Positions 35,001 to 48,040 of a stretch of DNA of 64,000 bases are shown one piece after another. Under the pieces are notes generated by a model. The model ran no database searches. It worked only from the letters and a program-made list of their open reading frames with translations, and was not told where the DNA came from. Source of the stretch: Podarcis tiliguerta (lineage: Eukaryota); NCBI GenBank assembly GCA_965153285.1, contig OZ229115.1; one strand, written 5' to 3'. The position numbers were made by a program, and so were the translations under genes. Each line of letters begins with the position of its first letter. The stretch's first letter is position 1.

Positions 35001-36076
35001 GCAAGCCTTAAATTGATTCCTGGTGTCTATATTTCATGTTGAAAATTGGCTTGTAAATCCATGTTTTGATCTATGGTGGCCGTCTCCTTAAGAAAAAGCA
35101 AGAGTAAATGTGTAATTTCTCCCTTGACAGCACACGGTGGCGAGGCGATCCTTCTTCCCGCTCCCCTCCGACTCGGGACAGCTCCGCTGCCTCCCATCAG
35201 CACTCTTTCTTCCTCGCCCCACGCCTTGATGTCTCCATTTCATTAGTGTGCGCCCATTCATCACGCTGTTACCGTAAGGGTGACTTTGCCCACTTGCATG
35301 TGGCAGGCAGGGCCTGGATGACATGGGGTGGCGCTGCCACTCTGACGGGGGGAGGGAAGCAGAACACCCACCCACACCCCTGCTAGTAAATGGATGTTGT
35401 GGCAGAAGGACAGCTGCATCATTACTGATGTGTAAATGATAAAGCAGCGCCTCCACATCCGTCTCTTAACTGTAAATCCAGGGAGTGCTTTATAATCAAG
35501 CGGCAGCGATAATAATGTGAAATTAGGTCTCTCTATCAAAGGGGGGAGGCCTTTTAATCACGGCTTAAAGGGTGCAAGCGCTGTTTATCATAATTGAACT
35601 GTATCCGGGCTAATTGTGGCCATATTTCACTGTCTAGGAGACAGGCACACCGACTGAGGAATGAACGCCAGGGGCCGAATGGAGCAGGAAGCTGCCACCC
35701 AACCTGTCTTGGCCCCAAAGTGCAGGAGCTTGAGGATTTGGGGAGGGTGTCAACAGATACACGAAACAGCCCCCCATCTACCTTCCCCCTGCTTAACCTA
35801 TTGAATGCTGGTAGCACAACTGGGGGGAAACAGATGGCATTCTGCTGTTCAACTGCGTTGGGAGTTTACACAGCTAGGCTAACAAAAACCAAGAATTTTT
35901 TTATCAAAAGCAACTAGAAGATGAAAATTCTGTGTTTTAAAAAAATGGAAATCGGCATACACCAAGGTGCATAAATTAGTCAGATTGGTAACAGCTACAA
36001 AGAAGCAGCAGAGGGACTACAGAAATGGGAGGGGGGCAAGGGATCTTATATAATGAGCAGAGCTTGCCCATTTGCA

Positions 36077-36162
36077 ATGCAACCCTTACCATGTCTACTC
36101 GGGAGTAAGTCCTATTGAATTCAGTAAGGCTTACATCTAGGTAAGTGGGGATAGGATTGCAG
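36077..36162. repeat. Short palindromic interspersed repeat (MITE-like)
   Basis: tgcaacccttacc...gtaagtcctattgaattcagtaaggcttac...gggataggattgca, an imperfect palindrome centred on gaattc. Confidence 0.65.
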
Positions 36163-37559
36163 AAAAAGGTCAGAAGGGCTATGATACCCTTCTGTAAGAG
36201 TACCCTAGAGAGTAAGATAGATTGCAATGGAACATGTTATGTGGTGTGTAGCTGCAAGTAGTCAAATAGCCTACAGTTGAAGCTGTAGGCTATTTTTGGC
36301 CTCCTCAACACTTAATTTGCTCTGTTTATGAGTTTGAGGCACACCCCAAAAAGAATTGGGTGGAGGAACATCCATCAGCTTCACGTCTCACCCACGCTCA
36401 GCCAGAACACATTCAAAACAGGGATTGGCCATATTTGCAACAAGTCACTACTAGTATCACTTTCACGAAACTTACTGATCTTCAATCAGAAGGAAGGGCA
36501 TAAAGGCATAAAGATAGAAGTTTGGTCATGTGCACACCTGAGCATTAGCTGCTTCCTAGTACAGCTATCTAGCAAAGTATGTCTCAATGGCTGAAATACA
36601 AAGCAAATAGATCCACTTCTAGATGTACAAAATGTCTGATTATCTGCTGGACATTAGCTCCCATAACTTCTCTGCCTTGTACAAAGTCTAATGGCTCGTC
36701 AAATCCGTGGTGATGTTCAACATTCTTGCAGTATGTTTTTCTACCTGAAGAGCTCTGATTCGTCTCTGCCCTTGAAAACATCTCATTGATTTCCAGCTAA
36801 AGAAACCTGTGTTGTCAGGAATTGTGGAGGGTATTTCTGAGGGGTTCATATTCTTGGAATCTATGGGTGAAAGCAGACCACCACCAATGGTCTCTCTTGA
36901 TATGTGCAAAGATTTTCAAAGGGGCAAAAAAAACCTTAAACAATGGACCCTGGTAAAAACTTTGTTTACAATTATAGGCAAAATTGAGGAACCACTATGA
37001 CTTAGTGGAACAGAAACATGGACCTGGTTCTGTAAGCTCCATATGTTCCATCTTCTCTTGAGAGATCTCCTTATCTGAGTAGATAGAAACATCAAGAGTC
37101 TCAAGCCTATTGCTTGTCTACAGTGGGGCTTCCTCTTTCATACACCCTCTGGAACCTGCTCTTTCATGCCTCCAGTGCCTGTTGAAGGGGATACTGCAGG
37201 CTATCTTTCCAGATGTTCATTCCTTAACCTCTATAGTTGGCCTAAACTGACCTATACCTGCTCAGCCTCTTGTAATTTCCTCAGTGGGTACACACAATGA
37301 AAACATCTGGGGAGGGGGATTCTTGCTTCCAAAGCTCACTGTTTTGGTTGCTCCCCTTTGGACCATCTTCAGTTAATATTGTCTTCTCTCTCTGTATGCC
37401 CCTTGACTGAATCCATACTGACCTTTCTACATCAAATGTTGAACTTAGATCCCCACCACCCGACCATTGTCCATACTGGGGGTTGTCATCCAATACCTGA
37501 GCACCCAAAGCAGGAGAAAACACCTGAGGATCCAAGGCAGAGGAAGTCTGCCTTAAGAT

Positions 37560-37680
37560 TCTCTTATCTTAGCCGCGAACCCTCTTCTGAAATATGGTGA
37601 TAACTATACTGGTCTAATTCATAGGGCTGTTGTAAAGATTATTGAGATACTGTACAAGAAGAGTTCTAAACACCTGGAAT
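37560..37680 (+). mobile_element. Old MIR-like SINE core remnant
   Basis: ctgaaatatggtgataactatactggtctaattcatagggctgttgtaaagatta resembles the MIR core. Confidence 0.45.
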
Positions 37681-39005
37681 ACATTACACTAATTACTATA
37701 GTAATTATTATACATAGCATCCCAGTACAGGTGGCAGTCTGAATGAGATCACCAAAGATGGGCAATAGACAGATCTCCATACAGATTCTATTAGGTCTCC
37801 AGTAGCTAGAAGCGATCAACTGGAAGTACCCTAATGTGGGTAACTTTCTGCTATGCATTTCTACTAAAAGATCCAGAATTAATCTGAATACTCACACATC
37901 AAGTTCTTTGATTCCTGACGTCATATTGCAACTTGCATGTGTGAAACAGTCATCACAGATTGAATGCTACAGTCAGAGCTTTCATATTGCCCTACATCTC
38001 CCATTTAAAAAGTTTTCAATGTAGGCAATTCACAAATTTGCCTGGCAGCAACAGGTCAAGTGAGAAGCTACTACATAACACACATGGATATGTGAAATAA
38101 ATTTCCATTGCAGGAAGATTCAGGATACTAAGCCATTCACCTGACCCATTGTGACTGTTCTCAATTTCTTGCCATCTGTGGGCTATTCTTTCTGAGCAAA
38201 TTTACTCTGGCTATGAGCACATCCTGTGCCATTTGGTTGTGTTAGTGCAAAGAAAGCCAAGCTGCCAGCCTTCCCACCCGGGACACTCTTTTCTGCCCCT
38301 CTATCTTAAACCAGACTGTGCCAGGTGTGTTTCAGACACTTGGTACAGGTGGCTCCTAACAAGCCATTGCAAAGCTCACTTGCCACAAGTCATTTAGCAA
38401 GACTGACTTCAAATCAGCACGAAGGTAAACACGCTTATTACAATTATCCGTGTACAAAAAAATCAACAACAGCCGAACAACTTTCTAATATGCAATTACA
38501 GCCGCTTATTGATTTTACAATGTAATCCGCTCCGATTGATTTAATAACACAATTATAGGCTGGCTCCCGGGATATTAGTGCGGGAGATTTTCATAAACTC
38601 CAAAGCAAAAAACTAAGCGGCTTTTAAAACAACACCGTCAGATGGCTGTTTGGGGAATTATTAGCCATATGAAATCTCCTAAATCTCCTCGTTGTTACCT
38701 TGAAAGAGTATTTTCTACAAAAATGGCAACTAAGGAGGCCACTGATCAGGCAGCACTGGGCGCTTTGCTGACACTCAATCCATTTCAAGGGTAGACACAG
38801 ATGCCAGGCTGTCCACATTTGGACCAGCTCTTCAATGCAAGGAAAGCCACACAATTTGACCCTCTTGTGTCTAGCTGTGCAATCCCTGCACTATAGCCAG
38901 ACCTGGTTCAGTTTGCTCTTGCAGGGTATATTGTCTCTCCCCAATTTGAATGACTTTGTTGCTTGTGCTCATCCTTTGCATGGTGGGTTGAAGGGTTTCT
39001 GAACA

Positions 39006-39060
39006 TTCCTCTTTCCTGTACTTCTAATACTTCCTCTTTCCTGTACTTTTAATACTTCCT
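39006..39060. repeat. 25-bp tandem duplication
   Basis: ttcctctttcctgtacttctaatac / ttcctctttcctgtacttttaatac / ttcct. Confidence 0.9.
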
Positions 39061-41840
39061 TGCAAACAAAGACTTTGAGAAAGTTCTCCTAAAAAGATAT
39101 CCTTTGCATGTCACTGTATCGTATACTATATTCCTTCCACAACTAAGTTGGACCGGTGATGAATTCTTCCACTACCATCCAACACCCTGAGAGAGTCACA
39201 CAGAGCCAGCTTGGAGAGAATATATCAGATTGCACAAAATGAAACCAAACCTCTGGACTCACACCCAAGCTACCTTGTCTTGATAGAGAGAAGTGAACAA
39301 TTCGGAGCCATCTGATTGATACTGGAACTGCTCACCCTCAGCCAATATTGCTACCTTTTCTTCCACTGCAATGGTTCCTGCTGCATTTGCACCAGGTGGG
39401 TGAACCTGGTTGCTTTAAGCAGAAGACAGGGAGAGGCCATCCTGGCACTACAACAATCTTAGCTGAATCTGTGTAAGAGCCATAAAAAGAAAGGCCTGCC
39501 ATGTGGGGAACATCCACAACCATAAAGACAGAGACCTACACAACTGAGCACCTTCACTCCTAAATGTACAACCATCCCACCTCCCCAGCTGAGAATGCCA
39601 CACGTTTGTTCGGAACTGACAAATGCTCCCTTTGTAGGCCTGCCCACTGGCACAGAATGGCTCCCAAACACACAAAACGCACATGCTTAGCTCTTTCCCC
39701 GCAATGTATTTGCCAGCTTTATGGGCCCATTTTTCTTGTCAAGCTGACAGCGCTGCTAAGTGGATTTCTCTCTGATATGCGGACAGATTATCACATTACC
39801 CCAATGTCCAACACAAACATATTACTTTATATTCAATAGCTCTAATGAATATAAACTGCTTTTTCTCTTTTTGGGAGGGGAAGGAGGCTGGTGGGAGGGG
39901 GCAATCTATAGATTTTTAATGAGGGCTGCTATTTACTCCCTCCTCTTTAAAACAGGCTGAGGTGCAGCCTCTGGCTGGAAAATCAATGTTGTTATTGTTG
40001 GAATATTGTATATTGATATTGTAATAATAAGATGCAATTGATTTAGGGGTGCGTATGGATGGGGTCAACCCAGGGTTACTCTGCCTAGAGTGTGGTGCTG
40101 TCTCTCAAAGTGGACCATTTGTTTTAGGCAACCCAATTCCCCATTTGAACGCAGTGAATCCTCCCATCTGCACCCCTCCAAAAAGAAAAATGTTTGCAAA
40201 CGGTAGCATAGCACTGATGGCAGCCCCCAAAGAAGGACCAAAGCTCTGCTAAGGAAAAAACAAACAAAATCTGGTGATCTTAAGAGCTGATTACCTAGGG
40301 TCCCAGCCCCTGAGGAAAAGGAAGAGGGGGAAATGAGAGACACTCCTAGAATTTCAGAAAAGGTGGACCCCTCTGGGCTGTGTGTGGAAAACAAAAAGAT
40401 GATTTGGCCAAGCGTGGGAACAGGGCAACAACTTATCTTTATAGTTTACATGGCCAAAAGGCTAAAGCCTGTCCTGCCCTTGTGTAAATGAGAGTTTAAA
40501 TTCTGGCCCCAGCAGATACAGACACAGACCCAAATATGAAGTGTGTGCAACAGATGACCCTGCACAGTAGGGACAGCGAGGCTAGAGATGCTGAAACAGT
40601 CCCTCATGAAATCCCAATGAGATGCTGGAACTAACTGGTCTCTGCGCCTGGCCTTGGGAAATGTGCTCATTTGGAGTGAAGCTGGCTGCACCTGCATTAT
40701 AGCCACCAAGACGGATCACCCAATGGCCTGCGCTGAGCAGGTCCATATTTAAGCTGTCCCCATGCTTTATGGTCTGTACAGGAGCTGATGCAGAGGCAGC
40801 AAGAGGCCATTTGTCACTGCTGGAATGGCAGATTCCTGTTAATGAATAATATCGCTGCTCTCTTTGTACAACAGCTCTCGGCACTGGGGGTGGTGGGGGA
40901 GGACGTTCATTGGGCTGCCTGCCTTGCTTCTGGTTTCCCTTTATTTGCCTTTGTTACCCAACGAAAGAGTCTGCTCAAACAACCTGTGCGCCGTCACCCA
41001 CTGTCACAGTATCTCACAACTCTGCCTACGCAACTGGAAATAAGGATGTTTTCTGTCTTGCCATCATACCTGCAAGTCCTAACCTTGCTGCCTGCCAGTT
41101 TGCTAACAACCAGCGCCAGACTGAAATCCATCACTCTGTGACCGATGAGCTGCCGGATGATGGCTGTATTGTTGAGAGAGCACCAAGATGCCCCCCACTG
41201 TCCATGAGGCACAGGCTTGCCCCTGTGCCTCACACCTCACTCACATCAGTCTCAGCCCCTTCACCCCTTCCATGGGCCAGCTTTCTCTCAGGTTTTTCTC
41301 AAGAGCATCCCCAACGTATCACAGGTCAGAGTGGACTGGTTATCACAGGAAAGACAGGTGCTTTCTGGATCTAGTCAAGCATTATCTCCTGACTTAAACA
41401 AAGCCTTTTCAGCATCCACTAGCAACTGATCTGCAGACTTCCAGGGCAAAAATGAAAGGCAAGTTAGGGCAGAGCGCATTTTCCTTAGACCAATGCGTCT
41501 TGTAGGCTGAGGCAGGTTCTTCAAGGTTCAAGAGCTTCTCCCCCCGAGATGGACCAGTGAAAGACAGCATATGCCCCAGTTTCACTTACACTCATTTGCT
41601 CAGAAGCAAGCACAGCTGATTTCTATTATTTCACTTCCTTGTAGAAAAAGAAACAGTAGTTAGGAGGTCTAAAACTGTCACGACTGCCCCAGCCCTTTAT
41701 CACAGATAGACAGTCCTGGGATTCTTCACAACTGCATGAACACTAGCTTCCTTTAAGCCATATTAATGATATTAGATATTATTTGGTTGTGTCTGATTTG
41801 GTTCCACTTTTTGACATACTGAATACAAAACAGCAAGCAA

Positions 41841-41890
41841 CAAGAATAAAAATACAAGAATAAAAATGCAAGAATACAAGAATAAAAATA
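41841..41890. repeat. Degenerate (CAAGAATAAAAATA)n tandem repeat
   Basis: caagaataaaaata caagaataaaaatg caagaata caagaataaaaata. Confidence 0.8.
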
Positions 41891-43324
41891 GAAGTGTTTT
41901 AAAGCAACATGTTTCTAGTCCTCATTATTCACAAAGGAACAAAATCACTAAAAGGCACCTGTGCCAATGGGGACACAGAGCTGCATGAAGTAAAGAAGAC
42001 TGGTCTCATGGGAAACATCCCCTTCTCCCCACCCCAATATCCTCTCTGCTTTCTGAACCTTTATTATTAACCACAAATGTAGTAATTTTAGGCTGCTGTC
42101 CTGCATGCTAATATGACCCTCTGAAAAATAAAACAGGATGCATGAATGTGCAAATGTAAGGTCCTAGTTTAAGCTTTAGCATGCATAATGTTTTTCAATA
42201 TATATTGCTTCAGTTATTCTCAAAATGACCCTATCAGTTTTGCAAAAGGTGGAGAAGCTAGGCAGGATCCACACTAACAGTTTTGCCACATTTCATTTCA
42301 GAGAGGTTCCTCATTGTCCCAGGACACATCTTTCTGTCTTTCCTGTAAATGCACACTCCTCGCAGAATTGCACTTGGTTTTTAAATACATTTTTCTTAGA
42401 CAACATTGAATTTGTCACATTTCTGATAAGTTTGATGTATTGTGATTTAAAAGGCAGCCGGGGCAAGGGGAATGTTGAAGCAGGATATAGTTTGGATAAT
42501 ATCTCCTTGTGGTATTTTCCCTATAATTTTCTCTACTACTTTTTTAAAATAATCTTTTGCAAAACCTGCAATCAGAATAAAATATAGCAGATTAAGAAAC
42601 TCTATTCGAATTCTAATGTGTCATATTTGCATCATTTCTAACCAAGGGCACCCTACTGGTTCAAGTCCCAGGTCAGATGCAAAACTAACTCAAGTGAGCT
42701 CCCTTTGCTGTCTCAAGCAAAACCACCACATTGCTGCTGGTCCACAAATAAATTCTCAGCATTTTAATCAGCCTTGTCTTTAGCCACAGGGGATCACAGC
42801 AGTGCCAGTTTCAATCCCAGTGCCCTTTCAAAAATATAGGAAGCTGAGAAAGGGTTGTTGCCACAATAGGATCAGAACCCCTTGAAGTCAGCCAGTTTAT
42901 CTAGCCTGTTTGCCCTATTTGTGTCCAAGTTCCGTAAATTTTAAAAGGGGGGATTTATTAAGGATGCTGGGATAATGAGCATATGGAATAAGCTTGTTAG
43001 AACCAAATACTAATCTAAACATACCATAGTTTCAAGTACGATCCAAATCAAATACTAAATTTCTCTATAGCTCTCATCGTTACACCCATACTTCACAATC
43101 CTTTGCACCCTCCTGTATTCCCTTGTTTGGGAAATTTCACTGCTCAAATAGTTCAAGCCAACACTTGTTTCCATATAACTGCAAAGGCCAATTATTCATA
43201 TTGGCCCATAAATAATGGAGTCCTAATGCTGAATTCATCCAATCGCTGTGTACTCTGTGTGGAACATCTAACAGATAATGGAGTTAGCCTGCGCATAAAC
43301 TGCTGATCAATTAATGTGTTTTTG

Positions 43325-43515
43325 GGGGGATGGAATCATGGCCCAGTGCTTAAGCACATGCTGAAGGGTTCAGTTCCTGGCATCTCTAGTTAAAGGGTTC
43401 ACAGGTAAACTGGCCTAGGGAAGGCCACTTCCTGAAACACAGGTAACTGTTGCCACCAATTGGAGCTGGCAGCGCTGGCCCAGGTGGATCAGTGCTCTGA
43501 CTCAGTTTAAAAAAC
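43325..43515 (+). mobile_element. Old tRNA-derived squamate SINE (same family as 50240-50423 and 57841-57922)
   Basis: gggttcagttcctggcatctct...cctgaaac...ggtggatcagtgctctgactcagtttaa. Confidence 0.55.
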
Positions 43516-43762
43516 ACATAATATGGCCATAGAAACAGGCGAGGAACCTGAGTCATAAAACAGGGCATCTTAGAAGCCATTCCTGTGAAGCCGATTGTCA
43601 CGTAGACCTGTCACTTTTAATCACAAACCTCTTTGAGGGAAATGAACTGCTTGCTACATGGAACAGCCACACTGTAGTACTTTTTAAATAGTCACTACTG
43701 TGTGTGACAGCTTCTTTGCATGAATCAGACCAAATTACACCACACTTAGCTCTCAAAAAAAA

Positions 43763-44125
43763 GGGACGCGGGTGGCGCTGTGGGTAAAACCTCAGTGCCT
43801 AGGGCTTGCCGATCGCATGGTCGGCGGTTCGAATCCCCGCGGCGGGGTGAGCTCCCATCCTTCGGTCCCAGCTCCTGCCCACCTAGCAGTTCGAAAGCAC
43901 CCCTAAGTGCAAGTAGATAAATAGGTACCGCTTTATAGCGGGAAGGTAAACAGCGTTTCCGTGTGCTGCGCTAGTGCTGGCTCGCCAGAGCAGCTTCGTC
44001 ACGCTGGCCACGTGACCCGGCAGTGTCTCCGGACAGCGCTGGCCCCTGGCCTCTTAAGTGAGATGGGCGCACAACCCTAGAGTCGGACACGACTGGCCCG
44101 TACGGGTAGGGGTACCTTTACCTTA
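43763..44125 (+). mobile_element. Full-length young Sauria SINE (lacertid POM-type)
   Basis: Head gggacgcgggtggcgctgtgg (A box), ggttcgaatcc B box at 43826-43836, body gcagttcgaaagcac...gtagataaataggtacc, (ACCTTT)-type tail, 11-bp TSD tagctctcaaa at 43747-43757 and 44126-44136. Confidence 0.95.
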
Positions 44126-47100
44126 TAGCTCTCAAAGCCTCAGCCACCAACTAGATGCAGCCACTGCATGTGTATTATCTATGCAAGTTCTTTATGTGTT
44201 TACACACACAACAGAAATCTGTGACTATGAGTTCCACAGTAGAATAGCATGTTTAGTAAAAATAGCACTTGCTGAATTAAAAAGATGAAGTTAATGGACT
44301 AACGGAATATGAAATTCCTTCCACAAGACAGTCGCAATGCCACCAGAATACAGAATGACGACAACAACGAACCAGAAGTGAGAATTAAATTGGGGTGTTC
44401 TCTCTCTCCTCCCTCATACCTTCAATATGGCCCCAATGAGAAGGTCCCTGGGACTGCCGGCAGGTATCTCAGATAGTGCTGACAGCAGATGGACAGAACA
44501 TTAAGAATAACTTACCTCATTATCTGCAATTACATTACTGCCACACACCTCATTTCTTCGCAAAGAAAAGAAAATTAGTTTTATATTGACTTCATCCTAG
44601 CACTTTTCCCAACCGGCCACTGGATAAACCACTCATTGTTTGAAGGCGGGGATTTGGGACATAGCGTGGGGGGTGGGCTTTGATGCTTCAATGAATAACA
44701 ATTTCTCCTAACCTGTTGCCTAAAGGTGAGACTCCCCTCATACACAGGAGTCCATGTTTTTGTGTGGAAGAATAGGCCTGAGTGGTTTAGGAATGAGACA
44801 CAAGTTACTAGGGCTTGATCTTGGATTATTAGCCCCTGAAATGAGAAACTTCAATTCACAAATCACCCGTGTGGTAGTCAATGGCATTCAAAAGGCCCAG
44901 CCTGGAGGTGAAAAGTTCTCAGGCCATATAGGGATCTGTGTCTGCTATACGCAACATGCTTCATTTCCATTTCCTGTCTGGCCCCTGCCATGGGATGTCA
45001 CCTTTCCAACGTACATAAAGACCCCAAACAATGGCCTGCCCTCAAGGACCAGCATGCCTGAGAAGCGAAATGGGGGAAGCGTGCAGGGAAGGGGCAGCAG
45101 GTTACAATGGAGACATTTCCCCCTGTGTCGGCATCCTGCAACCTCTCCATCCATTAGCCGTAATTGCTGGCAGCAGAATAACAGCATTTTTAAAAGCAGA
45201 GCTTTGCTCTGCTGGGCAGAAAGAAGGGGGAACATGCTCTCTGCTTCAAGGTGCAAATGCCAGGCTCCCATCTGTCAGGAGGAAGGGCAGACGGAGTCAC
45301 CCGAGGGCCCGTCACATATCCATTTTTGCTCGAGAACATGGGAGGGTCCTGCATGCAAAGGGAAGACTCACAGCCCAGGAATCCTTGAGCAGGTAGAAAT
45401 TATGCCCAGCTCTGGGCTAAACAAGTTGCCCCCTGCTGAGAGATGATGAGGCTGACAGTGATTCACATCTTCATTTACAGCCACAGAAAAAGGCTAGACC
45501 ATCTTTTATCCATGCAAATATATACTATATCTATATCTCGCCTGCATCCAACACAATGAGCTAAATTTAGGTTTTAAGGCACCACCCAAGCCACTCTAAA
45601 TACAGGTTAGTGGTGGCTTGCCAGAATCCTAATCTGTGCTGAATTCAGCCTGTGGTAGCATATGCTATACTACAGGCTTGGGATGGATAGCAATGTACAG
45701 AACAAAAGTTAGAGGTAGAAAGTCATTTCCAGTGGTTACTATGAGCTGAAATGTTTGGTGTAAATCATCCCTGAGGCTCAGTGAGGAAGACACTCGGCCT
45801 GCTAAATTTCTCACATAGTGTGGGTGGGGCTGAACTCAGTTGTGGGTGGTGCCATCACTTTTCAATGTCTCCCTCCCCACTTTGTGGGTGTGGAGGGGGG
45901 GCTGGCCCTTGCCAGAGGTCTGACCTTATCACCTGTAAATTCCTTTGAAACGAGGCTGAGGGTTTTCCAACTGGCCTGTGCCAACCATGCCAAAGGTCTC
46001 TTCACTGAGGACAAAGAAAGGCAACTTTTTTGGAGAATGGCCAAAGTATTGTTTGGATTGCCATTTAGTAGCCTCGGTTAACCTGGCATTGCAATGAGGT
46101 GGAAGGCTGGTGAGGCTCAAATCCAGTTGCCATTCAAAACAGATGTATCACTAAATACCAGCCATCACATCGCCTGAATGATCTACTGCTCTATGTAGTT
46201 GTACCTCTACGGTATATACTGAAATCATGCACTAGCTGGAGTCCAGACTGCAGGTGATATGTCTGCCCCACTCCTTACTGTGCATGCTGTCGGGAACAGC
46301 AAAGCAAGAGATGTTTGCCCCTCTTTCTCAACTGGTCACTGAGAAATTCTTCTGGTATCTAGCTTCCGCAGCTGCTCTTGTGCTGGTTATAAGGAGCTGC
46401 TTTAGACAGTGCAATTGGCCCTCCTCGCTCCATAATATCTACCATACTTTCAGGAAAAGATTGTTCCCAGCTAGGAGTTCACAGTCTTGTTCACCATTCT
46501 TGCCATACTGACATACAGTCAGGCTCTAGTAAAAAAGAGAAGCCCAAGTCTCTGCTGAAGGGAGAAGGAAGAGATACGTTGGCTTGTCTCTGCCTTGCTA
46601 GGGATTCCAAGTATAGAGACAAAACAAGTACAGATGGTGACCATTTTAGGCACGATCACTGATGTGTGGGTCCTTTTGGACCCGGAGAAGGCACAATGGG
46701 GCGTAACAGGGCACAAAATGGTTGTTGCCTGTAGACTCATTTCCACTTCCCTTGCCTAGCTCTGCGATGAAGCAGGAGCAGAGGGATGTAGAGGCACATG
46801 GGCTTGTTTGAACCTGCCATGCATTGAACCTGCCAGCAACTACAGAGTCAAAGCAAGCCTCTTCTCACCTCCAGTTCCAAGATGGAGAGGGCAGGAGGTT
46901 ATTTTCACACTGTGCAAAATGCTCCACCACCACTCCAGCTCCGGACTTCCAGCTGGAGAAGGAAGCAGGGGAATGCTCTCGGATTTGTGCTATGTTTTAG
47001 GGGTCCAGTATGCGGTCAAGGACCAGGCCTCACCCAGTGAAGGATGATGATGATACTCTTGGCACCAACCAATTTTGGGTTGGCCACCAAGGCAAGAAAT

Positions 47101-47767
47101 ATTTACTGGCCTCTAATCCCAACTCTAGTACCTGAGATGCCAGAGATTGAAACTGATACCTTATACATGCAAAAAGGATTGTGCTCTGTCGCAAAGCAAT
47201 GATTCCTCCCATGCTTCTCTTAATGACAATTATGATTATGTTATGAAAACAGTCATTGTTGGCTTGATCCCTAGGATACACCTGTGCATAGATGAGTGTC
47301 CAACAGCCAAGGCATTTGTTTTCTCCAGCATTTCCTTCTTTCCTGGCCAGGCCTGAAGAGTAGCTTCCTTGCTATACCCTAGGAGCTGCATTCCTCATCA
47401 GCCTTCTTTCTCCCTGGCCACCATCCAAACAAAAAAAAGAACATCCCATGACATCATAACCCCTTCCACTCGCTCAACATTTATATTTGTTAAACTTTTT
47501 AGCAAACTTTCAGATTTTTGTGTGCATTTGAAGACCTCAGGATTTACTCAACATCTTGCACCCAGTAGTCCAATCAACCTGGGCCTATTTATTAATCACC
47601 GCCCAAGAAGCATCCCAAAATGACTGAACAATAAAAACATCAACAGCAAAAAACATATAAAAACAAGTTATTTATTGCACTTTTAACCCGCTCTTCAATC
47701 AAAAAGGCTCCCAGAGCAGCTTATTTATCGAGACGAAAGTCCCTGCCCTCAGGTTTATAATCTAAAG

Positions 47768-48040
47768 CATAAGAAGATAAGAAGAGCCTGCTGGATTCAG
47801 GCCAGTGGCCCATCTAGTCCAGTGTCCTGTTCTCACAGTGGCCAACCAAATGCCTATGGGAAGTTCGCAAGCAGGATCTGAGCACAACAGCATACTCTCC
47901 TCTTTTGATTCTGAACAACTGGTATTCAGAAGTATACTGTCTCCAGCAGTGGAGGCAGAACATAGCCATCATGACTAGTAGTCAATGACAGCCTTATTCT
48001 CCATTAATTTGTCTAATCCTCTTTTAAAGCCATCCCAGTT
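47768..48040 (-). mobile_element. CR1-type LINE 3' end (TTCTTATG-tail subfamily)
   Basis: cataagaagataagaagagcctgctggattcaggccagtggcccatctagtccagtgtcctgtt...aatttgtctaatcctcttttaaagccatcc. Confidence 0.8.

Noticed and set aside
44754-45446. Longest ORF in the track (230 aa), and similar ORFs such as 40910-41374 and 33711-34151
   Set aside because: No recognisable domain, composition typical of random intronic sequence and no supporting exon structure.
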